This document shows positions 45,484-49,923 of a stretch of 49,923 nucleotides of DNA, one piece after another. The position numbers and the translations under genes are program-made. Every line of letters starts with the position of its first letter. Within the stretch, counting starts at the first letter, position 1. Location of the stretch: NCBI GenBank assembly GCA_051453625.1, contig JBOZIK010000001.1:36340853-36390775 (forward strand). Reading direction: 5' to 3'. The notes beneath the pieces were generated by a model. The model saw only the letters and a list, made by a program, of their open reading frames with translations. It ran no database searches and had not been told where the DNA came from. This stretch comes from Welwitschia mirabilis (taxonomy: Eukaryota).

Positions 45484-47150
45484 TCAGCAGCCCATGTCAG
45501 CATCTAATAGGGTCGTCGTCCTGCCTATCGTGGGGATAAGAAAGGGGACGACGATCTTCTTTGTTCGTCTCAATAAGGGGAAGTTAGCATTTTCCATCAG
45601 TAATCTTCCTCCATAGGAATAAGTATCAGAATTTGCCTTAAATGCCTCGAACCTTGCTAAGAATTGCACATTTTTGAGATCTTCTATTGATTCTCCAAAC
45701 TCCTCAGAATTGCACATAGCTCCTAAAACCCCATCAAATACCCACAAATTTGCAGCGCAACATATGTCAACTTGAGTCCTTTTGCCCTTTGATGATGGCC
45801 ATGATCATTCTTAACTCACGCTCATCAACAATGATACACCATTAGAAGTATTTTTGTTATTTTTTAGTTTTTCTGATGTCTTTGGTATTTTTAATATAAG
45901 ATTGATAATCTAGCAACATCATTAGAAAACTATCTAATTCAAAAATTAAACTAATTTACCAAAAAGCAAGTTAATGGTATCTATCTTACTTGATGCCTTG
46001 TGGTGCATCAAGATTACTTCATTTACTAGGTAAGTTCGCAAACTTAACACCTTGTAATGCACCAAGAGTATAATCTTGTAATGTGAACAACCTCCTATTT
46101 AAGAGCTCATACCAATTCCCCACACTAAACTCGACACCCATTTACTGCATTCCAACATTAGAGTTGATCACTTGCAAAACTTGAAGAATAAGCAACAGGT
46201 TAAGATGAGTGTAAAATCTTAATTCCAGTATTGAAACTTGTTTAATGAAATTGAAGAATTAATTTAAAGTACTAATCATCTGATCCACAACACAAAGAGA
46301 AACATCAAGCAATGCTAAAGTACACTGATTATAAACATGCGAGAGGGCAATATGGCCAAAATTGCTTTGCTATTTACTAGAACGACAAAAGAAACAACTA
46401 CAAAAGTTACGAAATTAGGTATTCCTTACAATAGGCTATTCGTGGTGCTTCGGTAGCCCAACAAGGGAAAACATGTTAATGCTTTCTACAATGTATAGTA
46501 TAGCACACATTACAAACATACTGAAAACATCACTTTAACAATCAAACTGCTTTGACTCTTAAAATATTCATGATGTTTCCTTGCCAACCAAGACCCCTAA
46601 CATCATCGTGAGACAAGCATGGCAGACACCACTCAAAGTTTTTGGCAAGAAACAAACTTACTTCACCAAGCTCGTTAAGCTCCTAAATACACAAACCACG
46701 AAACTCGAATCTAAGAGAATTGTCACAGTTTGGTAGAATAGTCAAAGTAGTAACAAAACGATATGGGAAAACAGAGTGTATACTTGCATTATTATCTTTA
46801 TTTTCAGCAACTTTCATTGTTAGCTTTGATTCTTTCATTTACTGTAGGAAACAAGATCAGAACAAGCAATTCGAGCAAATGGAAGACACTATGGAAATGG
46901 AGAAAATAGAAATTTTGTGTCTAGGGAAAAGTCTATCACGATCCAAAGAACTACCAAAGGGATCATTAATAAGTAGTATAGAGAGTCTTTAGCTTTGTAT
47001 TGTTAAAAAGATGTAACTCAAGCCTCAAAAAGCATTTAAGTTATAGAAAGACCATTGCCATTATCTTATTCATCTGATACACAATCACTACATAAAATGA
47101 AAGAGTGTAACCTTAGTCAAATTAATGCAGCTGTTAATGCAAACTTCCTT
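45484..47150 (-). pseudogene. Decayed multi-exon gene with micro-exons, ending in a possible Ulp1/peptidase C48-like segment; probably transposon-borne
   Basis: Exon-like blocks bounded by splice-like signals: 47150-47112 (KEVCINSCINLTK), 46841-46788 (GC donor), 46682-46662 (ELNELGE), 46485-46430, 46144-45990, then 45909 down into ORF 45484..45747 (LWVFDGVLGAM...LRRTKKIVVPFLI). In-frame TAA stops. The family assignment is weak. Confidence 0.45.
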
Positions 47151-47245
47151 CTAAAGGCATGAAAAGAAAACACATCTAATTTATGAGGTAAAGGGTCTAG
47201 ACTTATTTAAAAGAACCCTTCTTGAAATCCCTGTGACCTAAGAAT

Positions 47246-49923
47246 TGTTGAATATTTTAAAATAAATGCATCATGGGAATGCCCATGTGCATAGTTATTA
47301 TTATCATTCTTTTTTAGTGAATCAATTATAGATCCACAAATCAAGAGTTACGGATTTAAANNNNNNNNNNNNNNNNNNNNNNNNNNNNNNNNNNNNNNNN
47401 NNNNNNNNNNNNNNNNNNNNNNNNNNNNNNNNNNNNNNNNNNNNNNNNNNNNNNNNNNNNTTACGGATTCAAATAATGGGTGTTAGCTCTTGCCACTTAT
47501 GGCAAAAGTGAATGTATAAATGTTAATGAAAATTAATAAATTAGTGAGAGCTGAAGTTCCATGCCAAACTTCTGGCTCCACCTCCTCTCTACTATGCCTC
47601 CTTGTGCTTTGTAATCTCACAATTGGTATTGGAGCAAGGCCAGTATTGGGTTAACCACTAGGCCTGTCTCTCCTAGTTGCACCGGTGATTAAAAAAAAAA
47701 AAGCTCATCTTGGGTGAGCACTGTTATGCTCCCGAAGCTCACAAACAACATTGATCCCCTTTTTTTTTAGTGTCTAACTACTGAAGGTAGCTGCTCTCTT
47801 CCGTCCATAAGCTTGATTTAAGGGGGGCTCCGCGGAGTCATTAGCAGTAACAACCCAATCGCAGTCACTCTTCTGAAGCCTCTCGCATTGAGTTGAGATA
47901 AGACCAGACGTCTAAGTCATCCCACGTGTTGAAGATAGTGAGAACTGTGTCGTCCATGCTATCCAATCCATGTAAGTTGCATTCCGAGAGGATCTCTGAA
48001 GTGTCTATAGATTTCATTTGCGAATACACTCTGTTTGCGATCTGCGTAACTTCACCATCTTCGTTTCCATTACTTTCCAATCTCCATCTCGTCCATTGCC
48101 ACTTCCTCTTTCTTCGTCGTCTTTCAAAACACTACTCATTGCTTACTTAGGATCTAGTGTGTCACCTAAATCTTCTTAGCAAAGTACTCTGATCTACATA
48201 CTCGAGGAAAGCAAGATCGAAATAGACTTGTAGAAGAAACAGATGTAGAAAACCCGTTGAAACGCGATATTATGGCTGCATGCGCAGGTTCTGTCGCCAT
48301 TTCATCACAAAACATAGCATGGTTTCGAAGCACTGGAGAAGGCTAGGGATCTATGAAATTCATGATATTTGAGGAGGTGAACATGGCATTTTTGCAGGAA
48401 TGCAGGGGGTTAGAGAAACTCTACCAAATTGGCTAAAGGGCATAATCTATGCATCAAAGTTTGTGCATCTTGAAGCCACATCAGAATCCTCTCATTTTGT
48501 TTATTGCCTTATATTTGACTTTCATCTTTAATATTTTATCCCTTTTGAGCATTTCTTCTCTTTTAAAAAATTATAAGAAATTTATTTAATTTTCTTATTC
48601 ATGTTGTAAAGGAAATAAAACTAATAAAATTATTAACTTTANNNNNNNNNNNNNNNNNNNNNNNNNNNNNNNNNNNNNNNNNNNNNNNNNNNNNNNNNNN
48701 NNNNNNNNNNNNNNNNNNNNNNNNNNNNNNNNNNNNNNNNNNNNNNNNNNNNNNNNNNNNNNNNNNNNNNNNNNNNNNNNNNNNNNNNNNNNNNNNNNNN
48801 NNNNNNNNNNNNNNNNNNNNNNNNNNNNNNNNNNNNNNNNNNNNNNNNNNNNNNNNNNNNNNNNNNNNNNNNNNNNNNNNNNNNNNNNNNNNNNNNNNNN
48901 NNNNNNNNNNNNNNNNNNNNNNNNNNNNNNNNNNNNNNNNNNNNNNNNNNNNNNNNNNNNNNNNNNNNNNNNNNNNNNNNNNNNNNNNNNNNNNNNNNNN
49001 NNNNNNNNNNNNNNNNNNNNNNNNNNNNNNNNNNNNNNNNNNNNNNNNNNNNNNNNNNNNNNNNNNNNNNNNNNNNNNNNNNNNNNNNNNNNNNNNNNNN
49101 NNNNNNNNNNNNNNNNNNNNNNNNNNNNNNNNNNNNNNNNNNNNNNNNNNNNNNNNNNNNNNNNNNNNNNNNNNNNNNNNNNNNNNNNNNNNNNNNNNNN
49201 NNNNNNNNNNNNNNNNNNNNNNNNNNNNNNNNNNNNNNNNNNNNNNNNNNNNNNNNNNNNNNNNNNNNNNNNNNNNNNNNNNNNNNNNNNNNNNNNNNNN
49301 NNNNNNNNNNNNNNNNNNNNNNNNNNNNNNNNNNNNNNNNNNNNNNNNNNNNNNNNNNNNNNNNNNNNNNNNNNNNNNNNNNNNNNNNNNNNNNNNNNNN
49401 NNNNNNNNNNNNNNNNNNNNNNNNNNNNNNNNNNNNNNNNNNNNNNNNNNNNNNNNNNNNNNNNNNNNNNNNNNNNNNNNNNNNNNNNNNNNNNNNNNNN
49501 NNNNNNNNNNNNNNNNNNNNNNNNNNNNNNNNNNNNNNNNNNNNNNNNNNNNNNNNNNNNNNNNNNNNNNNNNNNNNNNNNNNNNNNNNNNNNNNNNNNN
49601 NNNNNNNNNNNNNNNNNNNNNNNNNNNNNNNNNNNNNNTCTCTTCCATAACATTAGAAGGCATTTCTTTAATTGCCTTATTCATGTTGTAAAGAAGACAA
49701 AACTAATAAAATTATTAATTTTGAGTGGGGTGAGGGGAGAGAATTTGCTTCAAGTAGGGGCAATATCTATGTTCTTCAAAAACAATTATTTTAAAGGCTT
49801 AAAATTACCAACTCCCGTCCAGCTTGGGAAGGAATATTGAAAATTTTAACAGAAGGAATTTTCACACATGGCAAGTAAAAATGCAACTTTTGCTAATTAA
49901 TAAAGGTGCGTGGAAAGTGACAA
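47246..49923 (+). mobile_element. Second member of the short Copia-derived LTR family; the candidate 3' LTR runs off the window
   Basis: LTR 47246 (TGTTGAATAT...GCCCATGT) to 47621 (CTCACA); PBS TGGTATTGGAGC at 47624-47635; post-PBS TTAACCACTAG.CCTGT shared with the 14050-14085 region; candidate PPT CCAGCTTGGGAAGGAA followed by TATTGAAAATTTTAA at 49835. Confidence 0.55.

Noticed and set aside
46841..46844. Idea that recurrent exon-initial TAA codons are recoded or RNA-edited to CAA
   Set aside because: U-to-C editing is known in organelles of ferns, hornworts and some lycophytes, not in nuclear mRNA; C-to-T decay in a pseudogene is sufficient.
49738..49765. Alternative PPT/LTR start GAATTTGCTTCAAGTAGGGGCAA|TATCTATG
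   Set aside because: The following sequence does not match the 47246 LTR start; the 49835 site fits better, although it also remains tentative.

Overview
Gappy (many N runs), AT-rich eukaryotic nuclear DNA from a large-genome land plant; the SDIR1 protein sequence looks more like a non-angiosperm, which is inference. There is no prokaryotic content, CRISPR array, rRNA or tRNA. One host gene is clearly recognisable: the first five coding exons of an SDIR1-like RING-H2 E3 ligase on the minus strand (13383 to 12117), with GT-AG junctions that keep frame. Its RING-domain exons are not in the window. Most of the rest is decayed, nested transposable elements: (i) a Ty1/Copia element (481-7981) carrying a 1.8-kb gag-remnant mini-LTR element (4447-6284) and a GACTCGG-repeat MITE-like insert; (ii) two members of a short Copia-derived LTR family (~13692-16984 and 47246 to the end) sharing a hairpin just after the PBS; (iii) a minus-strand Athila-like Ty3/Gypsy element (~19220-41444) with an env-like/extra ORF remnant, interrupted inside RT by a second full-length Copia (27240-36874); (iv) a further Gypsy gag remnant (~41445-45463). 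Also present are a plastid atpB fragment (NUPT, 17604-17754), an old ~780-bp tandem duplication with (CA)n junctions, a candidate upstream non-coding SDIR1 exon next to an LTR-like promoter, and a decayed minus-strand gene made of many micro-exons that ends in a Ulp1-like segment (45484-47150). Near-identical duplications flanking N gaps are probably assembly artefacts. I see no strong evidence for a wholly new biological system. The best leads are the short LTR family with its post-PBS hairpin, the micro-exon pseudogene, and possible LTR-driven transcription of SDIR1. All alignments were done by eye.
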